This document shows positions 11,714 to 22,670 of a stretch of 64,000 bases of DNA, piece by piece. Position numbers and translations under genes: made by a program. The notes below the pieces were generated by a model. The model was not told the DNA's origin and searched no databases. It saw only the letters and a program-made list of their open reading frames with translations. Numbering within the stretch: position 1 is the stretch's first letter; each line of letters begins with the position of its first letter. Location of the stretch: NCBI GenBank assembly GCA_937625935.1, contig OW569395.1, positions 124,001 through 188,000 of the forward strand. The letters are read 5' to 3'. Source of the stretch: Tetramitus jugosus. Its lineage: Eukaryota > Protista > Heterolobosea.

Positions 11714-13288
11714 TCACAGCAAATCAACAGTAATAGAGCCTGAAGTAGCTGTCAGTTGCAACAAGTTGCCGTTATCTGCACCAATGTAGCCCGAAGCAAA
11801 TTTCTTTTCAGGTTGTTCAGCATCAAACGTGACTGCATTCATCGTACCGTTGACAAGAGTTAAACGACCATTGGTCTTCACATGGAACCGACCCTGGAAA
11901 TTGCTCTCACTGTTCATCACTGTGATTCTGCCCTTCTTTGTCGTGGCAGTAATAAACTTTGCATCACTGATATCAGTCAACACAATCTTTCCCGAAGTGG
12001 TGGAAGCAGTAAAGTTGCCCACACCCCTGGCAGTCGCATGATCCACAATAATGTTACCTCCAGCAGCCGCAAGAATTGACAACATGCTCGACATTTGATT
12101 AATCACAAGTCTACCACCGCTCACTGATCCGACCATAACTGTCGAATTCACATTATTCATCTCGATGCGACCTGATGTGCTCTGGAAAGACAAAACACCC
12201 AACACTCGTGCATTATCCAAGTACACTCGATTGATTCCACCAGTAATGTTCAATCCCTTGAACACAAATGATGATGTTGATGATAATACATCATTGGTTG
12301 CTAGTTGCTCCATTGTTGACATCCATGAATCATGAGCCGACATTTCACTTGACACCATTGTTTGCTGTTCTTCTACCTCATTCTCATCACTCTCCTTCAT
12401 CATTGGCAAATTTTGAGTCTTTTTCATCGTCACTTTATCAACACTTTCATCATCATTGCTTTCATCACTAGTCATCACAGAACGCTTACTATTCAACAAA
12501 CTCTCATCATCAACCACATAATAATCATAATGTTGATTCAAAGTCATAAAATCAGATGAAAATCGAACCAAATTGGCATAACTCCGAACCACCAATGTCA
12601 CATTGTTCATCAATGTTGATTTCATGGGCAAAACAATGACTTGTGCACCTCGAACACAATCCGTAAATTGATTCACCGGTCTCACTGTTTCATACACCAA
12701 TCTCCGACTATAATTTTCAATCATCGTACCATTTTCACCACCACTATTACCACCATTACTGCCAGAAATGCTACTTTCTAGTCTGTACCTTGCAGATGGC
12801 CTCACTTTTTTATATCCATTTTTTGACCAGCTCCTTCGATCCATGTACACCACCATCTCATCACTCACAGTCTCATCCGTATTCAGAGTGAACAATGTAG
12901 GTACATCTCCACCAATGACCAGTGTAGTGACATTGACCAGAGAGTACACTACTGAACGAACACCTCCATTTAAAAATGTTGAATTTTGGGAGCGATTGGA
13001 TAACCATCTCCACTTGTTTTCGTCAAACGAGGGACATTTACTGTTCAGGACAAGTGAAGTGATACCAATAGAGACAAATGTGCAGACAATTAAGATGAAA
13101 AGTAAGAGACAGAGGGAGATGAAGACAATTTCCTTGATGGAACAACAGAGGACACTTGTTTTTCGTTTTTGCATAAAATATTTTCGATTATTGTCAATGT
13201 TGGTGGAAAAGATGATGGGAGTGGCACTTTCACCTGCTGATTCATCAATGGTTGGTTTATAGAGTGAATCATCCATGTCATTGTTCAT
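11714..13288 (-). CDS. Type II membrane protein with C-terminal beta-repeat (DUF4097/adhesin-like) domain
   Basis: One N-proximal TM helix; repeated (T/S)SG.I.(L/V) beta motifs (STSGRIEM, TTSGKIVL, ATSGSITV). Confidence 0.6.
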   Translation of the reverse strand: MNNDMDDSLYKPTIDESAGESATPIIFSTNIDNNRKYFMQKRKTSVLCCSIKEIVFISLCLLLFILIVCTFVSIGITSLVLNSKCPSFDENKWRWLSNRSQNSTFLNGGVRSVVYSLVNVTTLVIGGDVPTLFTLNTDETVSDEMVVYMDRRSWSKNGYKKVRPSARYRLESSISGSNGGNSGGENGTMIENYSRRLVYETVRPVNQFTDCVRGAQVIVLPMKSTLMNNVTLVVRSYANLVRFSSDFMTLNQHYDYYVVDDESLLNSKRSVMTSDESNDDESVDKVTMKKTQNLPMMKESDENEVEEQQTMVSSEMSAHDSWMSTMEQLATNDVLSSTSSFVFKGLNITGGINRVYLDNARVLGVLSFQSTSGRIEMNNVNSTVMVGSVSGGRLVINQMSSMLSILAAAGGNIIVDHATARGVGNFTASTTSGKIVLTDISDAKFITATTKKGRITVMNSESNFQGRFHVKTNGRLTLVNGTMNAVTFDAEQPEKKFASGYIGADNGNLLQLTATSGSITVDLL

Positions 13289-14016
13289 TTTGTTGTTGTT
13301 GTTTGTTTTGTTTTGTTTTGTTTGTTGAGTTTTTTGAAGAAGAATATTGAGTAGTTTTTTGGGTTGGAATTGAAAATTGCGCACAAGCAGAGCGAGAGAG
13401 GGTGGTGAGGAAGCTTTGGATGAAAAAGCATGGAGGGAAGATGGAATTGGGGGGTGACGTTCATGCGCAATACTTTAGCCTGAAAAGACGGCAGTGCGAA
13501 AAACCGGCGAAATAAAAACTCTCCGGATGTTCCTTTTTTTTCGCCATTGGCGACCTATTTCACCGCTCGTCTTTCTGTTTTTGTGTTTTGAGAAAAACTT
13601 ACGACAACCTGACTTCAAACTGAAGATTTAGGTGTAGTTTTTCTCTGGTTGTTTTTGAGAGAAGGAATGAAGCACTAGCCAACTTTTCAAAACACATCCA
13701 AGTTGTAATAGATGTTGAATTTGAAATAAAATTGCTCGCCTGAATGCCCACACAACCAACTTAGGACAACTTCACCATGGATTGAATTGACTCAATGTGC
13801 CTAACAGAAGAGGAACGAAACTGTAGATTCGGTGCGTGACATCTCTCCAAACGTTTCCCTGACGTGATTGAAATTACTGAATTCAGTTACTGTAACTCAT
13901 TTTTTCGAACAACTATACCCCCATGGTATAAAACTGCGCACAATCTTCCTCTTCAAACATAAAGGTCTGCACGACATCCAACCATTCTTCTTGTCAATAA
14001 GAACAAAAAACAGAAT

Positions 14017-15003
14017 ATGGGTAATCGAACATCGACAGCAGCACTTGAAGTCAAAGGCAAGGATCTCACAGGAAAGCACATTATCGTCACTGGTAGCTCT
14101 AGTGGGATCGGTGAAGAAACTGCGAAAGCTCTCTATTACAGTGGTGCCACAGTCATTATCGCATCGAGAAACAAGACCAAGATGGAGGAAGCTTCAAAGC
14201 GTATTCTATCGATTGGAGAAGAAAACATGCAAGCTTCATTTGACTTGAATGATAAGACGGGTGAGTTGCATGTCATGGAGCTCGATTTGGCTGACTTGAG
14301 CTCCATTTCCAAGTTTGCAACAGAGTACAAGAGTCGATTCAATCGATTGCACATCTTGATCAACAATGCAGGTCAGATGTCTACTCCATTGGCAAGAACA
14401 AACGATGGATTTGAGGTACAGATTGGAATTAATCATTTGGGACACTTTGCCTTGACATTGCAATTGTTGGACTTGATGAATGAGACTGCGAATAGCGATA
14501 GCACACAAGGTAGAATCGTCAATGTTTCATCCATGGGTCACAAGATGGGTTCAATAGACCTTGATGATCTCAACTATGAGAGGAGATCTTACAGTGCGTT
14601 CTATGCGTATGGTCAAAGTAAACTGGCCAATATTTTGTTCACGAAGGAGCTTGACAAGCGATTGAAGGCTGATAATATCAATGTCACAGTTCATTCCCTG
14701 CATCCTGGTATGATAAAGACAGATTTGGGCAAAGACAACACTGTTTCCACCGTTGGCTATGCTTTGGCAACTCCCTTATTGAAGTCAATTGCTCAAGGTG
14801 CAGCCACAACAGTGTATTGTGCTGTGAGTGAAGAATTGAATGATAAGGGTGGCCTATTTTATTCTGGTTGTGCTGAGGTTGAACCAAGCTGCTCTGCCAA
14901 GAATATGAAAATGGCTGCAGCACTCTTTGATCTGAGTGAAAAACTGACTCATGTTCACTATCCCTTCGGTACACAACAAGAACCAACTCAACAACAAGAG
15001 TAA
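14017..15003 (+). CDS. Short-chain dehydrogenase/reductase (retinol dehydrogenase/WWOX-like)
   Basis: TGSSSGIG, LINNAG, NHLGHF, catalytic YGQSK, HPGMIKT. Confidence 0.93.
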   Translation: MGNRTSTAALEVKGKDLTGKHIIVTGSSSGIGEETAKALYYSGATVIIASRNKTKMEEASKRILSIGEENMQASFDLNDKTGELHVMELDLADLSSISKFATEYKSRFNRLHILINNAGQMSTPLARTNDGFEVQIGINHLGHFALTLQLLDLMNETANSDSTQGRIVNVSSMGHKMGSIDLDDLNYERRSYSAFYAYGQSKLANILFTKELDKRLKADNINVTVHSLHPGMIKTDLGKDNTVSTVGYALATPLLKSIAQGAATTVYCAVSEELNDKGGLFYSGCAEVEPSCSAKNMKMAAALFDLSEKLTHVHYPFGTQQEPTQQQE

Positions 15004-15185
15004 CCTCTCTTACAGTAAATCCAACAACCATTGTTTTTTCAATGCTGTGGGACTTCCAATTCTAAAGAAACAAATGTTTCTGATCAAAAGTATAAAACGA
15101 TCCGTCTCTTCTGTCCTAACATCATGAGAGAATTTATTGCATCAATTGTTCGTAATCATAAAATTCAACCTAATTCGACTCAAAC

Positions 15186-16172
15186 TTAGAGAATCAATGG
15201 AGCATCCATTGGTGTCTGAGAATCCACCATAAACACATAATTGTCCTTTGTAATGACACGATCTTCACGCGCACACAATTGTCTAATAGACTTTGGCAAA
15301 TGGAACAATCTTTGATGTGTAATACCGTCGTACCAGTGCAAAGCACTGGCACCACCTTCAATTCTCTCTTCAATTCTTCTGTCAATCTCCTCTGCAGACA
15401 CACTCATTGGGTCTATCGTGCCCTCTGGATTATTCAGAGCAGTATTATAGCCATAATCATCCATAAAAGACAAAATCAAAGTACTCGACATGAACGTACT
15501 AGGGAACACTTTTTTCAAAGTCACATGAATCGGAGAAAATACCTCATGAGCGGACAAATGTCCACAAGGCCCCGACTGCGTTATCAAAACTCCGTCCTTG
15601 GTCAACTTGCTCCTGCACATTTCATAAAAAGAATCCGTGTACAGTTGATAACATGGACCACCATCCACAGGATCAGCCAAATCCAAAATAATGACATCAT
15701 ATGACGCATCAGGACTCTCTTCCAACTGTTTCTTTGCATCATCAATAATCAACTCGTGTCTTGCATCTTCGAACGCTCCATTAGAGTGTTTTGGCATGTA
15801 TTTTCTACACATTTCAACACAGATGCGATCAATGTCAACCATGACCACTTTTTCAACCGTCTTGTGCTTGAGAACTTCTCTCGATGTGGCACCTTCACCA
15901 CCACCACCAATAAACACACGTTTTGCACCAGTTGGATGCAACAAGAGAGTAGGGTGAACCAGTGATTCATGATAACAAACTTCATCCTTTTCAGTGGATT
16001 GAATTCTGTTGTCTAGGATCAAACTGTGACCAAAGCTACCCAATGTAACCACTTCAATGTCTTGAAATTCGGATTTTCCAGTGTAATGAACGGATTTGAG
16101 ACTGGAGACGTGGATGAGATCAGCGTTGATTGGATCAACGAACCATTTGTTTCTTGTGTTTTCTTGGGCCAT
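15186..16172 (-). CDS. Polyamine aminopropyltransferase, thermospermine synthase (ACL5-like)
   Basis: KSEFQDI, YHESLVHP, GGGGEGATSREVL and DLADPVDGGPCYQLYT (ACL5-type motif); ATG at 16172. Confidence 0.85.
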   Translation of the reverse strand: MAQENTRNKWFVDPINADLIHVSSLKSVHYTGKSEFQDIEVVTLGSFGHSLILDNRIQSTEKDEVCYHESLVHPTLLLHPTGAKRVFIGGGGEGATSREVLKHKTVEKVVMVDIDRICVEMCRKYMPKHSNGAFEDARHELIIDDAKKQLEESPDASYDVIILDLADPVDGGPCYQLYTDSFYEMCRSKLTKDGVLITQSGPCGHLSAHEVFSPIHVTLKKVFPSTFMSSTLILSFMDDYGYNTALNNPEGTIDPMSVSAEEIDRRIEERIEGGASALHWYDGITHQRLFHLPKSIRQLCAREDRVITKDNYVFMVDSQTPMDAPLIL

Positions 16173-16488
16173 GTTGTGTTGAGTGGAATTTGTTTTTGGT
16201 TGGTTGGCTTTTTTGGTTTTGTTGGTTTTGTTGGTTGGCTTGTGTGTGGGAAAGAGCGACTCTTTGCTGCTGCTGTTTGGGGGTTTGTTTGTTGAGGAGT
16301 GGTTTGGGGGTTGAAAGCTTTTTGTAGTCGCGACAACAACAACAATTCCCAAGCAGCAAACACCACTGCAGTGAGCTGTGAAAAATGCGTGTGTGAAAAG
16401 GTGGCGTGGATGTTTTGCACAATCTCATTGAATGTGCGATTTATCCGATGGATTTCCTTCTCTGTTCTGGGTGTTGGTGGTGGCTTTT

Positions 16489-18906
16489 TTATTGTGGCGA
16501 GACAGAGCTGTCAGCGGTGGTGGTGGTGGTCGTAGTGCTTGTTGTGGTCATCATTTCAGCATACTTGTCTGGTGAGTGCACTTTGACCTTTTCCAAAGAT
16601 TCTACTCTTCGTTTTTGCGAGAGGGCATCCTTTCGACCTCGAATTACGTGTTTCATCAGGGCAATTACAACAGTCGGCCTAATTCCACTGATGCGAGCAG
16701 CGGCTCCAATGGTTTGTGGTCTGTGAAGCTCCAGTTTTGTCATTTCTTCAATGGTCAAGTTTCCGAGGGATCTAAAGTCTAGATCATCTGGCAGTTTCAT
16801 GTTTTCGTTACGTTTGAACATGGCAATCTCATTTTCAAACTTGTGCATGAATCGTTCGTATCTGCACTCGGATTCAACCAATTGTCTCAAGCGAGGATCA
16901 ACCTGGTTCAGAGATGCGACTTGTTCCTCTGAAGGTGGTGTTTCAGCTTGAAACTTTGCTGTTTCATGAGAGATCACAGATGGGAATACTCGAATCATAT
17001 CACTCAGCGTCACGTCTGAGTGCAGCAAAATATCGGATGGAGTTTTGCGGTTGTTGGGTGGTCCTAGATCCAAGTGAGGGAACATTTGAGACCAGCGATA
17101 AGCAGGAATACTCACATTGCGCAACAGGTCCAACACTTGTTTGGAACGTGATTTACGATCTTGAACGAGCTGAGCTCTCTTTTCAGAGATGCAACCAAGT
17201 GCATGTGCCTTCTCACTCAACCGAATATCAGCATTGTCCGCTCGCAGTGCCAATCTGTATTCTGCACGAGCAGTGAACATTCGATACGGTTCATCGACAC
17301 CACGAGACACCAAATCATCAATCAAAACACCAATATATGCCTCAGAGCGATCAAGAATAAATGGTTCTCGATTTTGTGAGGCCAACGCAGCGTTCATTCC
17401 AGCAATAATGCCCTGAGATGCCGCTTCTTCGTAACCTGTTGTTCCATTGATTTGTCCTGCGAGGTACAGTCCCTTAATCTTCTTTGTTTCCAGTGTATGC
17501 CTCAGTTCTCTCGGATCAATGTAATCGTATTCGATGGCATAACCACACTGCACCATTTTCACATTTTCAAATCCAGGAATCGTTCTCAAGAATGCATCTT
17601 GAACACTCTCTGGCAACGCGGTTGAAATACCGTTGGGATACACGAGATCCGATGTTATACCTTCTGGTTCGATCCAAATACGATGATTTGATTTATCAGC
17701 AAATCGATTCACTTTCAATTCAATCGAAGGACAATACCGAGGGCCTTCACCATAACCACCACCGGACATCATATCACTCGGTCTTAAATGATCATTCTCC
17801 ATAATAATGTCATGTGTTCTTTGATTCGTCATGGTTTCCCAGTTGGGAATATTGACTGGATGATCAGGACGTTCCTGTTGAAAGAACAACTCTGGATCAT
17901 GCACATAGGAAAACGGTTCCACGTACTCTGCACTCGGCTGTATCTGACACTTTGAATAATCAATCGAATTGGCCAATAAACGAGGTGGTGTTCCCGTCTT
18001 TAATCGACCCATTCGAAAACCAACACCATACAGTGTGTCAGATAGGCCAATCGCTGGCTCATCACCTCTGCGACCCGCAGGTATTCTCACATCTTTTCCA
18101 ATGTGAATCATTCCCTTGAGGAACGTTCCTGTTGTGATCACAACAGAGTGACAAGTGATTTTTTGTCCATTTTTCAGCACAATGCTGCTCACTGCCTTTT
18201 GTTTCTTCTTCGTCTGTTCAGATTCTTCTACTGCTTCTGCTTCTTCTTCGTTGACTTGTTCATTTTTTGGCGCCAAATCAAACAAAAGATCCTCTACGGC
18301 GGACTCTATCACCGTGAGCTTTTCACCATGATGATTCAAAATGACTTGTTGCATTCGATCGGCATACAGCACACGATCCATTTGACCACGGGGTCCATAC
18401 ACTGCTGGTCCCTTTGACAAGTTCAATACATTGTAATGTATCATGCCATAGTCTGCAACCATACCCATCACACCTCCCAGTGCATCAATTTCCTTGACTA
18501 GGATGCCTTTTCCAACACCACCGATACTGGGGTTGCACGACATGGCACCAATCGTTGAAATTTTGTGCGTAATGAGCAGTGTGCGACTGCCCATGCGCGC
18601 AGCGGCGCTTGCTGCCTCACAGCCCGCATGACCTCCGCCCACTACGATGACGTCAAAGTCGGGGATATTCGGAGAATTAGAGTAGGAACGAAAAAGAGAG
18701 GAGGGAGAGTGGCGTGATGGATGGACATGATTAAATTGGAGTGGAGAGGAAGAGAGTTGCTTTGGTTGGGATTGGGAGGGAAGCGGAGAAATGGTTTGGC
18801 GGTGAAAATTTTGGCGGGAGAAACGGTGCGTGAGGAGAAGTGAGGAAGAGCATTTGGGGTGATGATGGTGCGTTCTCGTTGCTCTTGCACCAGCTTGACG
18901 AAGCAT
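16489..18906 (-). CDS. MTO1: tRNA U34 modification enzyme MnmG/GidA (mitochondrial MTO1)
   Basis: [56 protein letters not shown]; R/S-rich presequence. Confidence 0.95.
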   Translation of the reverse strand: MLRQAGARATRTHHHHPKCSSSLLLTHRFSRQNFHRQTISPLPSQSQPKQLSSSPLQFNHVHPSRHSPSSLFRSYSNSPNIPDFDVIVVGGGHAGCEAASAAARMGSRTLLITHKISTIGAMSCNPSIGGVGKGILVKEIDALGGVMGMVADYGMIHYNVLNLSKGPAVYGPRGQMDRVLYADRMQQVILNHHGEKLTVIESAVEDLLFDLAPKNEQVNEEEAEAVEESEQTKKKQKAVSSIVLKNGQKITCHSVVITTGTFLKGMIHIGKDVRIPAGRRGDEPAIGLSDTLYGVGFRMGRLKTGTPPRLLANSIDYSKCQIQPSAEYVEPFSYVHDPELFFQQERPDHPVNIPNWETMTNQRTHDIIMENDHLRPSDMMSGGGYGEGPRYCPSIELKVNRFADKSNHRIWIEPEGITSDLVYPNGISTALPESVQDAFLRTIPGFENVKMVQCGYAIEYDYIDPRELRHTLETKKIKGLYLAGQINGTTGYEEAASQGIIAGMNAALASQNREPFILDRSEAYIGVLIDDLVSRGVDEPYRMFTARAEYRLALRADNADIRLSEKAHALGCISEKRAQLVQDRKSRSKQVLDLLRNVSIPAYRWSQMFPHLDLGPPNNRKTPSDILLHSDVTLSDMIRVFPSVISHETAKFQAETPPSEEQVASLNQVDPRLRQLVESECRYERFMHKFENEIAMFKRNENMKLPDDLDFRSLGNLTIEEMTKLELHRPQTIGAAARISGIRPTVVIALMKHVIRGRKDALSQKRRVESLEKVKVHSPDKYAEMMTTTSTTTTTTTADSSVSPQ

Positions 18907-19368
18907 TGATTCAAGGTCCAAAAAAAATTAATCAAACAGAAACTTTTTGTTGTTGTGCTTTTTTTCTATTTCGCGGTTTTTTGTTCAAATCGGATAATTT
19001 TCACACATGTTGAAGGATGCAGAAAAAGAACGATGGAAAAAATCTACGGCAATATTCACTTGGGTTGTGTAGCTTAGGGCATTTCTGATAGGGTGACAGG
19101 CGGCTGCATAGCATCTAGTTCTTGTAAAACTCGCTGAACTGGATCCAGTTCATGTCTCTTTCCGTGGGTATGATCACTTGCTGTTTCGTAGTCCATGGGA
19201 CTTGAAGGGTAGGAATCCTCTTCTAGTTCTTCAGATGATGAATCGTTTTCCAGTATCTGAGATAGGAATTTTCCAAAATCAGAAAAATTAAAATCATACG
19301 GGTTTTCTGGCGATGCCAACACAGGCGAGAGGTCTTGAACATTAAAAAGAAGGGTCGCACGGTAATTC

Positions 19369-19700
19369 TCACTTCAAGCGACTAAGTGTAGTGAAATCGA
19401 AAATGACTTTGCTCTTCCATGCATCTTGCAGTTCTGTAGTCCAGTTACTATCAATCCACTGATCAATAGCCTGTCTCACATGGAGATTACACTGAACGAT
19501 TGATAGATTGGGAAGTTCCTCCGACACTGCTTTGATCATGTTTCTTTCGGGAAACATACTCAAAAACACATGGTTCACACTCGTAAGTATCGGAAGTTTC
19601 TTGGTGATCCAATACCACATCTCTTTGCATGTTAGATATAATTTATCGTTCAAGACACCGTTCCTATTTCATTCATAATTTGATTGATTTGTAGTGCTAC
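19369..19700 (-). mobile_element. Possible degenerate Mutator/MULE transposase-domain fragment
   Basis: FLSMFPERNMIKAVSEELPNLSIVQCNLHVRQAI resembles the MULE 'D.e.al..Av...fP......C..H' segment but lacks the Asp; flanked by stops. Confidence 0.35.
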
Positions 19701-19842
19701 CACAAGAGGTGATCCATTGGAAATCGATTCTGACAACTCTTCTGTTTTTAGCTTGTGTTTTGGTCAAAAATAAAGTGAAGGAGAAGGATAAATACCAATG
19801 AAAAAGTTGACCAAAACGAAAAAAAAACAAAAACAGAATACA

Positions 19843-20568
19843 ATGGTCGAACAAATCGTCCAACATCAACATCAAGAGATCAAAGAATTGAGTACAGCCA
19901 TTACTCAATGGGGAGACAATGAAACCAAGGCTAAAATTGCTCAAGTTATTTCCATGCACATGAAGCACACACTGGAGCCACTGAAAAAGAAGAATCGACA
20001 AACAAAGATGTTGGATTTCGGATGCGGCAACGGTGGAATTACTATTAGCTTAGCAGAAGATGTCGAGTCAATCATTGGTGTCGATCCTTCTGAAAGAGCC
20101 ATCCAAAGCTTTCAACAAAAGATGAGTGATAGTGGTCCATGTCCAAAGGCATCATACAACACGAAAGCTATTCAATTGGATTTGTTGGATGAGGAATCGA
20201 GAGATTCCAAAAAGTTTTTGAAAGAATATGAAAATTCGTTTGACATTGTGATTTGTTCACTTACGTTTCATCATATTCAGCATGTGGAGAAGGCACTGGA
20301 GAAGATGAAACTGGTCCTTAAAGAGGGAGGCTCTGTCTGTATCTGTGATGTACTTAAGACTGATAACTCGATCAATTTTCATCCTCGAGGAGTTTCAAGG
20401 AGTCATGTGTTTCATCTCGGAGGCTTCACTTTGGATGAAATGACTCAGTGGTTGCTCAACACAGAATTTAGTGATGTAAAATTTGAAGAATACACGATCG
20501 AAAAGGAGAATAGTGAGACAAACGAGATGGATCTTTTTCCTCTGTTTATGGTTACTGCGACAAAGTAA
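19843..20568 (+). CDS. Class I SAM-dependent methyltransferase
   Basis: MLDFGCGNG motif I, GVDPS, FDIVICSLTFHHI, LKEGG. Confidence 0.9.
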   Translation: MVEQIVQHQHQEIKELSTAITQWGDNETKAKIAQVISMHMKHTLEPLKKKNRQTKMLDFGCGNGGITISLAEDVESIIGVDPSERAIQSFQQKMSDSGPCPKASYNTKAIQLDLLDEESRDSKKFLKEYENSFDIVICSLTFHHIQHVEKALEKMKLVLKEGGSVCICDVLKTDNSINFHPRGVSRSHVFHLGGFTLDEMTQWLLNTEFSDVKFEEYTIEKENSETNEMDLFPLFMVTATK

Positions 20569-20651
20569 ATCAGTAAACTGACACTTGCTGTAGTAAACTA
20601 GATTCGTTTTATTTGTTCTTATGTTTAATTGTTAGATAGTTTCTTTGTTTT

Positions 20652-21854
20652 TTACATGACATAGAGGTGGACGAGGCCAAGGAAAGCAACGACAACGAGC
20701 ATAAATAGAGGCTTGACTTGGATCACATTGGAGTTATTGGAATGTTCTGAGTTTCTTCCACCTTGGGATGCAGAAGGGGAACTAGCTGGTGAGCTGGCAG
20801 GAGAGGAAGAAGCTGGAGGAGGATTGGAGCTTGAAGGAGAAGGACTAGGTGTGGATGATTCCTTACCAACAATAGCCAACTCAGTGACAACAGAGATACC
20901 ATCATCAATCGTGCTGGCACTTTGAGTAATGACCTTTGTGTCTTTGGAAGCTTCTTGAGAGAACAAAACATAGCTATTGGATGAATAGTGTGCAAAGTTC
21001 AAGCTGTCAGCAGAGATGGAACTTGGGAGAGAGATGTACTTGTATCTATAAACAACGTTGTAGACTGGCTTAGCATTGTTGGAGTTGGTGATAGTGAAGA
21101 AGTACAATCCCTTGTTGGTTCCGGTTGGGAAAGAGGAAGAGGAGTGTGGATTGGTTTCGCTTCTTTCAACCTTGATCTCAAAGTTTCTGTCAGCACCCAT
21201 AATCTCCAATTCAAAAACTTCGTTTCTGGCTGGCATAGCGAATGAGAACTTGTTGGAGATAGATTGTTGGACGGACAACGCGACGTTGTATCTGGTGTAC
21301 AGGTCATAATCATAGTCATCAGAAGGGAAAGTAACAGTGTTACCACCATAAACTGCCAATTCAGTTTGACCAGGTCTCAAATCATCTCTAGAGAAACTTT
21401 GACTGATGGTCTTGGTCATTGTTGTGACAACAGAGTCGTCAGGGAATTGTCTCCACTTGTCACTTCTAAATTCGAGCCAAACCAAGGATGAAGGGGAAAC
21501 ACTGAACAACCCGTCGTTGTAAATAAAACGAATATTGGCACCAAAGTCCAATGATGGAACAGAAGCTTCGTCTTCAATTTTCAGAGTAAAGAATTCAATA
21601 GGGGTGTCCTTGAAAGCCATCTTTTCGGAGTTGTTTGAGCTAGCACTGTTGCTAAAGGTGAATGAAAAGTCAACAGTTGGACTCACAATGTCGAGTTCAA
21701 TGTGTTGGTTGTTTCCGAGATCGAAGAGAAATTGGTTGACACCATCTCCACCCAATACTTGGATGGGAGTGTCCAGATTGTCATAGCAGAGTGCAGACCA
21801 GGCCAAACAGGCGATTAGGGCCAGGATTACTATAATTGACTTTGATAATTGCAT
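20652..21854 (-). CDS. Secreted/GPI-anchored surface protein with two tandem beta-domains and an S/P-rich stalk
   Basis: Signal peptide MQLSKSIIVILALIACLAWSALC; internal duplication ending TELAVYG / TELAIVG; ASSP repeats; hydrophobic C-terminus. Confidence 0.75.
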   Translation of the reverse strand: MQLSKSIIVILALIACLAWSALCYDNLDTPIQVLGGDGVNQFLFDLGNNQHIELDIVSPTVDFSFTFSNSASSNNSEKMAFKDTPIEFFTLKIEDEASVPSLDFGANIRFIYNDGLFSVSPSSLVWLEFRSDKWRQFPDDSVVTTMTKTISQSFSRDDLRPGQTELAVYGGNTVTFPSDDYDYDLYTRYNVALSVQQSISNKFSFAMPARNEVFELEIMGADRNFEIKVERSETNPHSSSSFPTGTNKGLYFFTITNSNNAKPVYNVVYRYKYISLPSSISADSLNFAHYSSNSYVLFSQEASKDTKVITQSASTIDDGISVVTELAIVGKESSTPSPSPSSSNPPPASSSPASSPASSPSASQGGRNSEHSNNSNVIQVKPLFMLVVVAFLGLVHLYVM

Positions 21855-21967
21855 CTTAGAAGCTTGTTGGTATATACAGGGCAAAACTTGTTCAGTTATC
21901 TAGTGTGATTTGTTGATTTGTTGTTGGTTTGAAATATCTGGGTGTTATTTGATCACTTAAATACTAA

Positions 21968-22501
21968 CTCTTCGGTGGGACCATGGCATGTTAGCTCACA
22001 CGCATGGTCTTTTTTTGAGGACTCTGTAATTGAGCTGACAAGCTCCAGACATTTGGGCGGCGAATGAAAATAAATTTTCGAAGGATCGCCCAAAAGTTAT
22101 GACCTTTTCAGAACATGGGCGGAAGGATTGGAATCCTCATGTTTGGTGTTGGCAATTGTCAAGATGTTACCAACACAATATTATTGAAACACAGCGAAGG
22201 AGGAAAGGGACTTGTCATGTTGTTGGATGTCTCAGAATGTGTATTGGCGAAGAGACACAAATCTTGTCGGAACATCTTATTCTGCGAGGGGTGATATGGC
22301 TTAGAGTCCCTTTCTTCAGATATGTTGTGACAAAGTGCTGCTGGGAGAAAAAAAAGCAAGCATCACAAGAAAACCCAGAGTTGGGATCGTTCCCTGCCTT
22401 GCAACATCTGTCTCGACAAGAAAAAATCCAACCAAAACTGATGGCAGGGGAAGGGCGGTGTGAATGATTACTCCGATCTCGAGTTGACCCGCTCACAGCC
22501 C
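21968..22501 (+). ncRNA. Putative large structured RNA (array of about 9 stem-loops) upstream of PIWI; family unassigned
   Basis: Consecutive inverted repeats paired by hand (see findings); G-U pairs favour the + strand. Confidence 0.5.
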
Positions 22502-22670
22502 ATCACCCAAACACCTCCGCTCTCTCTGATTTCCATACAAAAAAAAGCTTCAGAGCAAACACAGAGAGAGAGAAACAAGCAAAGATCAAGTGGAGAGACA
22601 ACCATATACCTCGATCTCACACACACAAACAACAACTAAACAAACAAATAACAATACAACAAAAACAATC

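Noticed and set aside
21961-21970. ATACTAACTC as a U1-like 5' end or branch point
   Set aside because: No U1A or U1-70K loops, no good Sm site and no matching intron.
22099-22467. 122-aa ORF within the hairpin array
   Set aside because: No motif, atypical composition; RNA structure explains the region better, though a uORF is not excluded.
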